Shown here piece by piece: positions 15,280 to 27,436 of a stretch of DNA of 64,000 bases. The stretch spans positions 77,438,001 to 77,502,000 of the forward strand of contig OX597824.1 in the NCBI GenBank assembly GCA_951406725.2. Reading direction: 5' to 3'. Position 1 is the first letter of the stretch; each line of letters begins with the position of its first letter. Made by a program: the position numbers and the translations under genes. The DNA is from Octopus vulgaris (taxonomy: Eukaryota). Below the pieces are notes generated by a model. It did no database searches. It was not told the DNA's origin and was given only the letters and a program-made list of their open reading frames with translations.

Positions 15280-15333
<54 letters not shown>

Positions 15334-15572
15334 ACTACTAATATAGGATGAAGTTTTTTTTAGGAAAGAATCTTTTATGAGATTAATTCCGAAATTGATT
15401 CAATATAGAAATAACGAACTTTTAAAAAAAATTCTATCGGCCGGCTTCCCCGATTTCAGTTCTTCGTGTTTTTTTCTGTAGCGAGTAAATAATATGTGGA
15501 AATTGACGATTTAAAAGTCTGTTATCAGCATATTAGCATTGAAATAATCTTCTTTAGCCCTCATCTATAAGT

Positions 15573-15614
<42 letters not shown>

Positions 15615-15618
<4 letters not shown>

Positions 15619-16135
15619 CCCACCTTTCGTTTTCTTCCTTTTTTCGCGGTTTCCACCTCCTCGACTTCCTCTTTCTCTACCTCCAATTAGGGAGCAGGGA
15701 GCGGATCTTTAGGTACCAAAAATTCAATCTTCTTGCCTGACCAAACTTCTCGCCTCAGAAAAACACCTGGACGGCTCCAAGTCGGGCCAATTTAACATAT
15801 TGCACCAGGACCTTATTTTGGTCCTTAGGGCAGTTCTTTTAATATGGCCCTGTTCCAAGCGCAGGTGACACTTCGGGGGTGGGGGAGTTCCTCAAGCATA
15901 GCCGGATACCTAGACCCGGCCATTCTTAAAAAATCTGGAAAAGCCAGATTTTCGGCTGATTGGGTCCATAGGGTCAAAACAGCTTTTGACCCCTCCCAAT
16001 CAGCCGCAGGCAAAATTTTGACATTGAGTAGCTTGGTACTGTTGCCACCCAGACCCCGGCGGATAGTGTCTTCTATCCACTCGGGCTCAATTCCGTGTGC
16101 ACACATCTACGCCTGCGCCTTCGGTCTACAAATAT
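15615..16135 (-). mobile_element. Probable Tx1/L1-type ORF1 fragment
   Basis: ORF 15825..16106 plus a frameshifted PKCHLRLEQGHI...NCP, resembling a degenerate CX2CX4HX4C knuckle. Confidence 0.55.
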
Positions 16136-16164
16136 TTGCATAATATATTTATGTATATATTATA

Positions 16165-16394
16165 TATTTCTTTACTGCCCAGAAGGGGCTAAACATAGAG
16201 GGGACAAACAAGGACAGACGAAAGGATTGAGTCGATTATATCGCCCCCGGTGCGAAACTGGTACTTTATTTATCGACCCCGAAAGGATGAAAGGCAAAGT
16301 CGACATCGGTGGAATTTGAACTCAGAACGTAACGACAGACGAAATACCGCTAAGCATTTCGCCCGGCGTGCTAACGTGTCTGCCAGCTCACCAC
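16165..16394 (-). mobile_element. SINE family A monomer
   Basis: Matches the family A head and body. Confidence 0.85.
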
Positions 16395-16441
16395 CTGCAT
16401 GTAAATATGCGTGTGTGTATGGGTTTCTTTGTTTGTTTGTT

Positions 16442-16490
<49 letters not shown>

Positions 16491-17049
16491 TGGGTGTGGT
16501 GGTCCTCAACGCGATCAGGTTTGTTCATATGAAACCTGGTTGAGCCCATTTCTCTACATGTCTGAAAGCAACCGACTTCTCCCATAGACAAAATGTGTGC
16601 GCATATGTGCATGTATGTGTGGAAGAGAGAGAGAGGGGGGGCAGACAGGGACTGAGAGACAGAGAGAAGAATCGATTTCGATACTCGACTGGCACTTTAT
16701 TAATCGACCATGAAAACATGTAAGATGAATTTGTCCTTGGTAGAAAGTAAATTCATAGATCAGACAGGCGGAACGAATTATGCTAAGCATTCTAGGCAAT
16801 GCTCTAGCGACTCTGGAAATCGACCTCCTTGTATCTATGTGTGTATGTATGTACGTGTGTGTATGTGTGTGCGCGCGCGTTTGTATATATATATATATAT
16901 ATACATATATACCTATGTGTATGTATGTATATGTACGTATGCCATTAAATTTCTCCGAAATACATGCATACATACATACATAAGTAAGGGGACAGGCAGA
17001 TAGGTAAATATATATGCATGTATAAGTATGTGTAAGTTTATACATGGAT

Positions 17050-17421
17050 GGAAGCACTCCGTCGGTTACGACGACGAGGGTTCCGGTTGATCCGATCAAC
17101 GGAACAGCTTGCTCGTGAAATTAACGTGTAAGTGGCTGAGCACTCCACAGACACGTGTACCCTTAACGTAGTTCTCGGGGATATTCAGCGTGACACAGAG
17201 AGTGACAAGGCCGGCCCTTTGAAATACAGGTACAACAGAAACAGGAAGTAAGAGTGAGAGAAAGTTGTGGTGAAAGAGTACAGCAGGGATCACCACCATC
17301 CCCTGCCGGAGCCTCGTGGAGTTTTTAGGTGTTTTCGCTCAATAAACACTCACAACGCCCGGTCTGGGAATCGAAACCGCGATCCTACGACCGCGAGTCC
17401 GCTGCCCTAACCACTGGGCCA
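17050..17421 (-). mobile_element. SINE family C, tail type 1
   Basis: tRNA-like head tggcccagtggttagggcagcggactcgc...ggtttcgattcc; tail ...gtaaccgacggagtgcttcc. Confidence 0.9.
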
Positions 17422-18199
17422 TATGTGAAGATATATATATACATCTTTTTAATTTTGCGGGAAAACTCGAATGCGCTAGTGAAAACTCCTATGTTTTCGG
17501 CTACCCCCTGTTATTTCCATCTTGGTTCCATATGGGAAACTTCTTACAGCTTAGGATGAATACAGTAACAACGAAAATGATTTGGGGATGCAGAATTTTA
17601 GACTCTATCAACGTATTCTTCATCCCGTATGATTATTTGTAAGGAGTGTGTGTGTGTATGTACGTACGTATGTACGTATGTACGTATGTATGTATGTATG
17701 TATGTACGTACGTATGTATGTATATATGTATGTATGAATGTATATATGTATGTATGTATGTATGTATTTATGTATGTATGTATGTATGTATGTATATATG
17801 TATGTATGTATGTATGTAGAAAAAGACAGAGGGAGAGAGAGAGAGAGCAAGAGAGAGAGAGAGAGAGAGAGAGAGTGAGAATGCGAAAGAGAGAGAAAGA
17901 GATCGAAAGCTGGAGAAAGATGGAGAGATTAACTGATTCGTTCATTAATTCACTAATTGTTCGATGGACCAATAACATAGGTTTCGAGCGAATATATTCG
18001 TAGTGGATGCCATTTAAATGTTGAGCATGTCGCATAAATATGATGCTCAGTTAAGAAACAGGAGTTACCATTATCTACAGTTAGACACACACAAATATAC
18101 ATAATTTAGGCATTGTGTGAGATAGTGACTAAAAGGTAAGAAAACAAACAGAGACGACAAAAAAAAATGCATGGAGCATATGAGAGAAAAATCAAAACA

Positions 18200-18443
18200 A
18201 ATTTCATTGAAGGTAAAGACCTTCAACCTCGAAGAAGGTATAAGAAGTCAGCTGGAAGAGATTTTTGCCAGTGAAGAAGAAAACTTGTTTGACCAGGGTA
18301 TCATAGATCTATCCACAACATGATAGAAGATACTGGAACGAAATGGTAATTATGTCATTGATTGAAAGAATCACTTTGTGCTTAAAACTTGTGTCGTATT
18401 TTTGCTTAAAAAAAAACCGATCGACTTTTTGGCCAATTTAATA
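18200..18443 (+). mobile_element. Mariner 3' fragment
   Basis: Translates to SLKVKTFNLEEGIRSQLEEIFAS...ILERNGNYVID*, followed by the TIR-like cgactttttggccaatttaata. Confidence 0.7.
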
Positions 18444-18507
18444 GTTATATACAAATACTCGTAAATATATGTTGTATATATATATATACATACATACATA
18501 CATACAT

Positions 18508-18576
<69 letters not shown>

Positions 18577-18838
18577 CACATATATATATACGTAAGATAT
18601 ATATACAGGGTAGCGGATATTCTTAGAAATTTCACCACCAGTGGCCTAGCACGTATAAGAAGTCAATAGACAACTTATTCTCGATATAAAATAGTGTACA
18701 TTTAAACACAAGAGAAAACTACCTTTAACAGGTAATTTTTACACGCAAGAAGAAGCAGTCAAAACGACCAAAACCACAGTTAAGAGCAATTTTCGAAGGG
18801 AATGAAAAAATAAAAATCTTTTACCTTGTTATTCTTTG

Positions 18839-18909
18839 CGGTTATACCTAGGTTTCAGATTTCTTTAACAAATAAAATAATTTGCTAGGCGAATCCTCAT
18901 CAGTAACCG
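18839..18909 (-). ncRNA. Type I hammerhead ribozyme motif
   Basis: Minus strand: cggtta CTGATGA ggatt...aatct GAAA cctagg TA taaccg. Perfect 6-bp stem I, palindromic stem III, GUA site. Confidence 0.85.
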
Positions 18910-18972
18910 TCCCTTAAAAACTAACTTATAATTTAGAGACAAATAACACGTGTCTCATCATTATATGTACAC

Positions 18973-19025
<53 letters not shown>

Positions 19026-19041
19026 TATATATGTGTGTTTG

Positions 19042-19097
<56 letters not shown>

Positions 19098-19700
19098 ATA
19101 TATGTATATCAATGTGACAGTGGTTGCAGTGGTAGATTGGTATGTACACCCAGATGTTTCAGTGAATTTTCAAGTCTTAAGCCACCATTGTAGTAAAGGC
19201 AATTAACGGTTTGCGTCACACAGCCACCCACATACAAACGCTTGCAGAAGAAAGATGCTTCATATGACTTCTATATTAGAATCTGTTATATTATCCTGTC
19301 ATACACATCACTTGTAGACAGCTTTTAACATAATTCAAATTTCCATGCCGCCTTAAACGTGGATGTTCTATTAAAATACAAACTATAATGCGGTAGTTAT
19401 CATGAAAGAAACCATCACATTGCCTTTTGGTGCAAAATGCACTCTTGTTTAGCAGGGAGATAAATTCCCACCACTTCCAGCGCCGAGGTCACTAGATCAA
19501 GTAATTTCCACATTTCTTGGTCTTATCAATGATGGACGTTCGACCGCTAGAAATAGCAGCTATTTATCCCTCGCCATCGTTATATAGAATAACAGAGGCA
19601 GATAAGCCAGTGAGCTTGCTAAGATTTAAGTACATGATCCTACCAATATGTCATCAATTGTGATCCGCATGTATGTATGTGTGTATGCATATATATACAA

Positions 19701-19735
<35 letters not shown>

Positions 19736-19807
19736 TGTATGTATGTATGTATATATATATATATATATATATATTTTAGATAGATAGATAGATAGATAGA
19801 TGTGTAG

Positions 19808-19838
<31 letters not shown>

Positions 19839-20065
19839 TGTATGTGTGTATATATATATACGTATTGTAAGAGGTATGTGTGTGTGTGTACGTGTGTATC
19901 TTTATTCCTTTTCAGTTTTCATCTACTCAAATCCACTCACAAGACTTTGGTCGACTCGAGGCTGTAGCAGAAGACACTTGCCCAAGATGCCGCACAGTAG
20001 GCCTGAAAGCGGAACCATCTGGTTGGGAAGCAAGCTTCTTACCACACGCCCACACTTCTATCTAT

Positions 20066-20121
<56 letters not shown>

Positions 20122-20127
20122 TTATCT

Positions 20128-20450
20128 AAACAGGAAGGAAGAGCCATTTTCATCAGACTTGTGGGTATGGCGAAAGAATGTATCTGGTGGACGAGTCTGA
20201 AAGGATTACAGACAAACACTTTCCTCTCTGGTCAATCTCTCATCAACTTCTTCAAGTATCACTTGAAAAATAAAGTGAAAGTAAAGAGGCAAGTTTTGTC
20301 TAGCGAATGTTTAAAAAAAAGATGGGTGAATGTAGCAAGGATGGCACGTATGAATGACGAAGCCACCTTGAGCTTGATCCCATGAAACCCAAGCTTTACT
20401 TTGTAATTTATCCCCTCTGTGTTCAGCCCTGTGTGGATAATAAAGAAACA
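20128..20450 (+). mobile_element. 5'-truncated Tx1/L1-type LINE 3' end inserted in (TATC)n
   Basis: IFIRLVGMAKECIWWTSLKG...CLKKRWVNV resembles the L1/Tx1 ORF2 C-terminus. A short 3' UTR ends aataaagaaa; (TATC)n on both sides. Confidence 0.65.
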
Positions 20451-20498
20451 TATCTATCTAGATACATACATACATACATACATACATACATACATACA

Positions 20499-20529
<31 letters not shown>

Positions 20530-20752
20530 CTATAAACACGCACATATCTATAAACAAACGATCTTATACACATACTGTATATGTTTATGCTGCTGTACAC
20601 ACACACACGTATATTTATTTATGTGTATATAAAATTCTGTCAAAGGGTTTGTAAATATGTTCCCAAGTAAACAAACATTAAAACTATTTGCACAACATGG
20701 TCGATTCACGCACTTTCATCATACATACACAAATACATACACCCCACCTCAC

Positions 20753-20896
<144 letters not shown>

Positions 20897-20897
20897 T

Positions 20898-21003
<106 letters not shown>

Positions 21004-21004
21004 T

Positions 21005-21049
<45 letters not shown>

Positions 21050-21324
21050 TTACATATTGTTGTGTGTTCATGTGTGTATGTTTGTGTGTGTGTGTGTGCT
21101 TACTTTAATATGATATTATATTTATTAACATGAAATAAATTATGTCTCTGAAACTCAGCTCAAAGCCAGAGGCTAGTGAAATAACTAACACGCAGCTACA
21201 TACTTCCTGCCGCCTCTGTGGTAATGACTTTGATGGGGAGAAATCATAATGATTTATGATGTGATATTTAATCTTAGTTCTTAGGCGAACTCAAGGCACA
21301 CCGTTTAAACATTATCACATGTTA

Positions 21325-21348
21325 GTACATACATGCATACATTCGTGC

Positions 21349-21379
<31 letters not shown>

Positions 21380-21852
21380 CATACATACATACATACACAC
21401 ACACACATACATGCATACATACAAACATACATACATACATACATACATACATACATACATGCATACATACATACATACACACACATACATACATACATAC
21501 ATGCATGCATACATGCATACATGCATACATACATACTTATATACATACATACATAATTGCACACAAACACACACATACATACATACATGCAAACATACAT
21601 ACATACATAAACACATACATACATACATACAAACATACATATATACATACATACATACATACTTACATACATACATACATACATACATAAACACATACAT
21701 GCATACATACAAACATACATATATACATACATACATACACACACATACATACATATATACATACATAAATGCATACATACATACATACATACATACATAC
21801 ATAAACACATACATGCATACATACAAACATACATATATACATACATACATAC

Positions 21853-21883
<31 letters not shown>

Positions 21884-21990
21884 CACACACACATACATAC
21901 ATACATACATAAATGCATAATGCATACATACATACATACATACATACATACATACATACATACATACATACATACATACATAAATGCATA
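21325..21990. repeat. Long degenerate (TACA)n tract
   Basis: Direct inspection; similar tracts at 17655-17818 and 50005-50357. Confidence 0.95.
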
Positions 21991-22165
21991 CGTATATGCC
22001 TGCATATATAGGCGTGTCGTGAGAAGTTTTCTGCTTCCTAACCAGATGGTTGTGGGTTCAGTCTCCTAGCATGCCACGTTGGACAAGAGCCTTCTACCCT
22101 AGCACCGGGCCGACCAAATTCTTGTGAGTGGATCTCGTGGACATAAACTGAAAGAAGCCTGTTGT

Positions 22166-22202
<37 letters not shown>

Positions 22203-22413
22203 CATGTAAGTTATAATTACAATTAAAGCCTAGATATAAAATTTTAAAATTTAGCATCCAAGCCGGCAGAGCCCGTTCACCTCTTACAGCTACCAGACGT
22301 CATCCGCAGTAAATGGCGTTTTGTCGTAGGATCTACGTTAGGAATTCCTCGGTGCTCATTGAGTACATTCTAAATGATTGATACGGAAGCCAGAGTGTAC
22401 GGGAAAATTTATT

Positions 22414-22523
22414 TATCACAACAACCGTTTCGGCAAACAGCTGCACTGTTCCCTTGTAGGTGAGGAACGATGTAATGAAATCGAATGCACTCCATATTGC
22501 AGAAGAAACCTCATCAGGTGACA
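22414..22523 (-). ncRNA. Type I hammerhead ribozyme motif with long stem II insert
   Basis: Minus strand: tgtcac CTGATGA ggt...gcc GAAA cggttg TT gtgata. Stem I pairs with one G-U; GUU site. Confidence 0.7.
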
Positions 22524-22899
22524 TAATAGACTTTTAAGTTATAAAATTTACATTTCGCTCATAGGTACAGCTGGATGATGTTGTTAGTATCGGTGTATTG
22601 ATAGAATGCATAGAATGAAGAGGCAGGTTTTAAAGAGGTGAGTTTTAAAGGCTTTGTAAAGACTAAAGAATAAAGAGGTAGGTTTTAATGGTTTTATAAA
22701 TTTTATAACTTGGAAGCCTATTAGGTCACCATGAATAGGAGAATGAAATCCCAGAGGTATCAAGTACTTAAGAGAAAGGACTAGGCGTAGAATACAGGGG
22801 CTTGGGTAAATGATGAGAGAAGGATAGACGAATGAGTCGTAAGTTCATGAATGAAGGTGGAACGAGATAAACCAGAACCAAGGACCAGAAACCGTTATA

Positions 22900-23310
22900 T
22901 ATTTCTTTACTGCCCTCAAGGGGCTAAACATAGAGGGGACAAACAAGGGCAGACAAAGGGATTAAGTCGATTACATCGACCCAGTGCGAAACTGGTACTT
23001 TATTTATCGACCCTGAGAGGATGAAAGGCAAAGTCGACCTCGGCGGAATTTGAACTCAGAACGTAACGACAGACGAAATACCTATTTCTTTACTACCAAC
23101 AAGGGGCTAAACACAGAGAGGACAAACAAGGACAGACAAAGGGATTAAGTCGATTATATCGACCCCAGTGCGTAACTGGTACTTATTTAATCGACTCCGA
23201 AAGGATGAAAGGCAAAGTCGACCTCGGCGGAATTTGAGCTCAGAACGTAACGGCAGACGAAATACGGCTACGCATTTCGCCCCGCGTGCTAACGATTCTG
23301 CCAGCTCGCC
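22900..23310 (-). mobile_element. SINE family A, head + 2 body units
   Basis: 12-bp TSD gaaaccgttata at 22888 and 23312. Confidence 0.9.
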
Positions 23311-23698
23311 GGAAACCGTTATAGTAGTGGCAGAAAAGTCAGAGATAGATAGGTAGGTAGGTAGAAAGATAGATAGATAGAGAAATAAAGAGAGAGATAG
23401 GGATATGGAGATACAGAAAAACAGCGGGACAAAGAGACAGAGTGACAAAGTGAACTGAGAAACTGTACATCTGTGCTTTTCCCATCGTGTAGCCCGGATC
23501 CGTATATATGTCTCTTTTTCTGTTGTTAGATTGCAAGGTAAGCTAAATTATCCACGATTTCTCCCTCGTTCTGCTCAATGTAGACATTTGTTGGCATACA
23601 AGTGGTTGGGAGAGTATGTGCAAAACTGTCCATTAACGTCCATGTCCGCATTTCATGTAGCTTGCAAAATTTTCGTACTTCATAGATGAAGTAGTATT

Positions 23699-24084
23699 GG
23701 AAGCACTCCGTCGGTTACGACGATGAGGGGTTCCGGTTGATCCGAATCAACGGAACAGCCTGCTCGTGAAATTAACGTGTAAGTGGCTGAGCACTCCACA
23801 GACACGTGTACCCTTAACGTAGTTCTCGGGGATATTCAGCGTGACACAGAGAGTGACAAGGCCGGCCCCTTGAAATACAAGTACAACAGAAACAGGAAGT
23901 AAGAGTGAGAGAAAGTTGTGGTGAAAGAGTACAGCAGGGATCACCACCATCCCCTGCCGGAGCCTCGTGGAGCTTTTAGGTGTTTTCGCTCAATAAACAC
24001 TCACAACGCCCGGTCTGGGAATCGAAACCGCGATCCTATGACCGCGAGTCCGCTGCCCTAACCACTGGGCCATTGCGCCTCCAC
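23699..24084 (-). mobile_element. SINE family C, tail type 1
   Basis: 11-bp TSD gaagtagtatt at 23688 and 24085. Confidence 0.9.
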
Positions 24085-24301
24085 GAAGTAGTATTATGGC
24101 GTATATTTATTGCTAAAAACATAACTATGGATCGGCAGAAGCGTAACAAAAGGAAAACTCACGCACTCACGAACGCGCACACATAGCACACACTGAAAAA
24201 TATTTTTACGTATATTGATGGATCGACAAATAAAGCATTATTAATACATGTCTTTAGGTAGATTTGGGCACGGCTTGGAATGGACGAAATTCGTATACCG
24301 A

Positions 24302-24334
<33 letters not shown>

Positions 24335-24453
24335 GTTTGAGTAGTTGAATGAATTATCTTATTAAGGATAATTAGGAATATGCAGCCTTCGAAACATATG
24401 TCGAGAATAAAGGATAATTGTTAACTAGTCGTTCAACTCCATTCTTTCATATA

Positions 24454-24495
<42 letters not shown>

Positions 24496-24608
24496 TATAT
24501 GAAAGAATGGAGTTGAACGACTAGTTAACAATTATCTTTTATTCTCGACATATGTTTCGAAGGCTGCATATTCCTAATTATCCTTAATAAGATATATATA
24601 TATACATA

Positions 24609-24692
<84 letters not shown>

Positions 24693-24727
24693 TATATGAA
24701 AGAATGGAGTTGAACGACTAGTGTCTG

Positions 24728-25040
24728 TGTGGAGGCGCAATGGCTCAGTGGTTAGGACAGTGGACTCGCGGTCGTAGGATCGCGGTTTCGATTACCAGAC
24801 CGAGCGTTGTTAGTGTTTATATTGAGCGAAAACACCTAAAGCCCCACGAGGCGCCGGCAGGGGTGGTGGCGATCCCTGCTGTACACTTTCGCCACAACTT
24901 TCTCTCACTCGTTCTTCTGTTGGCCTGCTCGCTTAGCCAGCGGGGTGGCATCATTTGAAGGCTAAAACAATGCGAAGCGCTTTGTGTCCCGCGATGTGTA
25001 GCAACATCTGATAGCCTGGTCGGTCACGGTGATCACGGTA
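24728..25040 (+). mobile_element. SINE family C, tail type 2
   Basis: Same head as C1; tail gcttagccagcggggtggc...ggtcacggtgatcacgg running into (TA)n. Confidence 0.85.
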
Positions 25041-25390
25041 TATATATATATAATTTACTTATAAGGATTCATTAGAATCAAGGTACCTATCTCCATGCAT
25101 AGGATGCCAGAAATGGCTAGATACGATAACATAACATAGAGGTCACAGTGAGGCAAACAACGTTGAAGACATCAAACATTGGTAGGTTACTGTAAGATAT
25201 GCAAGTACCAAATTCAGTTTAAATCGTTTTTGAGGTTATTTTTGTAGCGAAAAGAGAGCTGTTGTGAAAAAAAAAAACACTTCATTTGCGAGCCGAAAGG
25301 TTACTGAATTTTTTGATACCCCATATGTCAAACTCGGCAACTCAGTTTTCGAATCCATAAGGAATATACGCTCTACACACATACAAACTC

Positions 25391-25432
<42 letters not shown>

Positions 25433-25434
25433 TC

Positions 25435-25818
25435 TTTTTTTTCTACTCTTGGTACAAGGCCCGAATTCTTTGGGGAGGGGCCAGTCGATTAGATCGACAC
25501 AGTACGCAACAGGTACTTAATTTATCGACCCCGAAAGGATGACAGGCAAAGTCAAAATTGAACTCAGAACGTAAAGACAGACGAAATATATATTTCTTTA
25601 CTACCTACAAGGGGTTAAACACAGATGGGACAAACAAGGACAGACAAATGGGTTAAGTCGATTTTATCGATCCCCAGTGCGTAACTGGTACTTAATTTAT
25701 CGATCCCGAGAGGATGAAAGGCAAAGTCGACCTCGGCGGAATTTGAACTCAGAACGTAGCGACAGACGAAATACGGCTACGTATTTCGCCCGGCGTGCTA
25801 ACGTTTCTGCCAGCTCGC
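25435..25818 (-). mobile_element. SINE family A composite (two units with different 3' tails)
   Basis: Standard unit at 25590-25818, adjoining a unit with the alternative tail (plus strand ttctactcttggtacaaggccc). Confidence 0.75.
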
Positions 25819-26015
25819 TGAATGAACCAGTTTGCCCGGGTTACTTCTGTTCTTATTCATATTAGTAAACAACATAAGATATATATTCTCATAATTATTT
25901 CCAAATATCTATATTTTATTTTTAAAATATCCAAAATGTCATGATAATATCATTTCGAATTGAAAATCTATCAATGTTGAAGCACCTCAGGGTAAACATT
26001 ATCCATTTTGTAATT

Positions 26016-26275
26016 TTATGTTGATATCGAAATGAGTAAATTGTTGCTTCTTCCAACTCGCGAGCAACCAACATAGAGTTGGCCGTGGGAGAAGCATGTA
26101 GTCGAGAGATCAAGTGGAACTACCTCGAGGGACTGACACTGAGATTTGTTAATTGAAGTATCAAAACTTAGTCTGTCTGGAAACTGAAGTGTCTTAAATT
26201 CAGATGGAACATCTGTAGGTATGAGAGGAATTTTTGGAATAAAGACATTTTCTCCTTTGTGACTACATGTTAATG
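26016..26275 (-). pseudogene. Helitron PIF1-like helicase C-terminal fragment
   Basis: VFIPKIPLIPTDVPSEFKTLQFPDRLSFDTSINKSQCQSL...CFSHGQLYVGCSRV matches Helitron helicase motifs (QFP..L.FA..INKSQGQ; FSHGQLYVA.SRV) with substitutions. Confidence 0.9.
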
Positions 26276-26452
26276 ATTGTTGCCCGTAGGACATGGGGTT
26301 TCATGGAAGTGACAGTTAAGCGCGTTCCATTACACAGGTGAGGTGGGTTAAGATTCCTAAGCAACATAAGGTGTTTAAGTGTGTTCAGAAATTCGACAGA
26401 GTATTGAACACCCTAATCTTTATCGTCTGTTGTCAATTGATCGAAAAGTCAT

Positions 26453-26854
26453 TTACTCTCTTTCTCTCTTTTACTTGTTTCAGTCATTTGACTGCGGCCA
26501 TGCTGGAGCACCGCCTTTAATCGAGCAACTCGACCCCGGGACTTATTCTTTTGTAAGCCCAGTACTTATTCTATCGGTCTCTTTTGCTGAACCGCTAAGT
26601 AACGGGGACATAAACACACCAGTATCGGTTGTCAAGCAATGCTAGGGGGACAAACACACACACACACACGCATATAATATATACATATATACGACGGGCT
26701 TCTTTCAGTTTCCGTCTACCAAATCCACTCACAAGGCATTGGTCGGCCCGAGGCTATAGTAGAAGACACTTGCCCAAGGTGCCACGCAGTGAGACTGAAC
26801 CCGGGACCATGTGGTTGGTAAACAAGCTACTTACCACACAGCCACTCCTGCGCC
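26453..26854 (-). mobile_element. SINE family B
   Basis: Full-length match. Confidence 0.9.
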
Positions 26855-27045
26855 TATGATGTATCTCTTAACTTTTGAAGAAGTTCATGATTGTGTTTAT
26901 CAGCCATTTCATTAGTTGGAGCTTGTATAGCTGTTTCACATAGTCAGTTTATATGAAGTCTTGAGCTGATTGTTAATTAACCCATTACCAATCTTAAGAA
27001 GCTCGTATGATCACCTTGTAGAAGTACTCACCAATTTAGCAAAAA

Positions 27046-27430
27046 CTAGCAGTATCGCCCGGCATTGCTCGGGTTTGTAAGGGAAATAACTATAAAGCAT
27101 TTTTAGAGAGTTATAGCCAAAAAATAGCAAAAAAAAGGGGAAAAAAATGATGGTAAACTTTTTTTGATAGTTAAAAAGGTCGAGTTGCGTCCCCTAGACC
27201 ATCTGTGGTTTGTGTTTCTGATTGTCGACCCCATGTCGAATTTATCGATCTTTTTCAGAACTGGGGGAACTTTTCAAAATTTTCGCTGCGTTAGTTTTGA
27301 ATTATGACATTGGGCTATGTGTGTGTCAAGTTTCATCAGAATCGGTTGAAAGCCGTGGTCAGGGTGAGGGTACAACCAAACAGACACACAGAAACACACA
27401 CAGACAAACTGCCGTTTATATAGAGAGAGA
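27046..27430 (-). mobile_element. Non-autonomous Helitron (same 3' end as 11387-11783)
   Basis: Minus strand A|TCTCTCTCTATATAAA start and caaacccgagcaatgccgggcgatactgCTAG|T end. Confidence 0.8.
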
Positions 27431-27436
27431 TTACGA

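Noticed and set aside
24730-24810. tRNA gene
   Set aside because: tRNA-like A and B boxes continue into a dispersed SINE body, and other copies have TSDs; these are SINE heads (same for families A and B).
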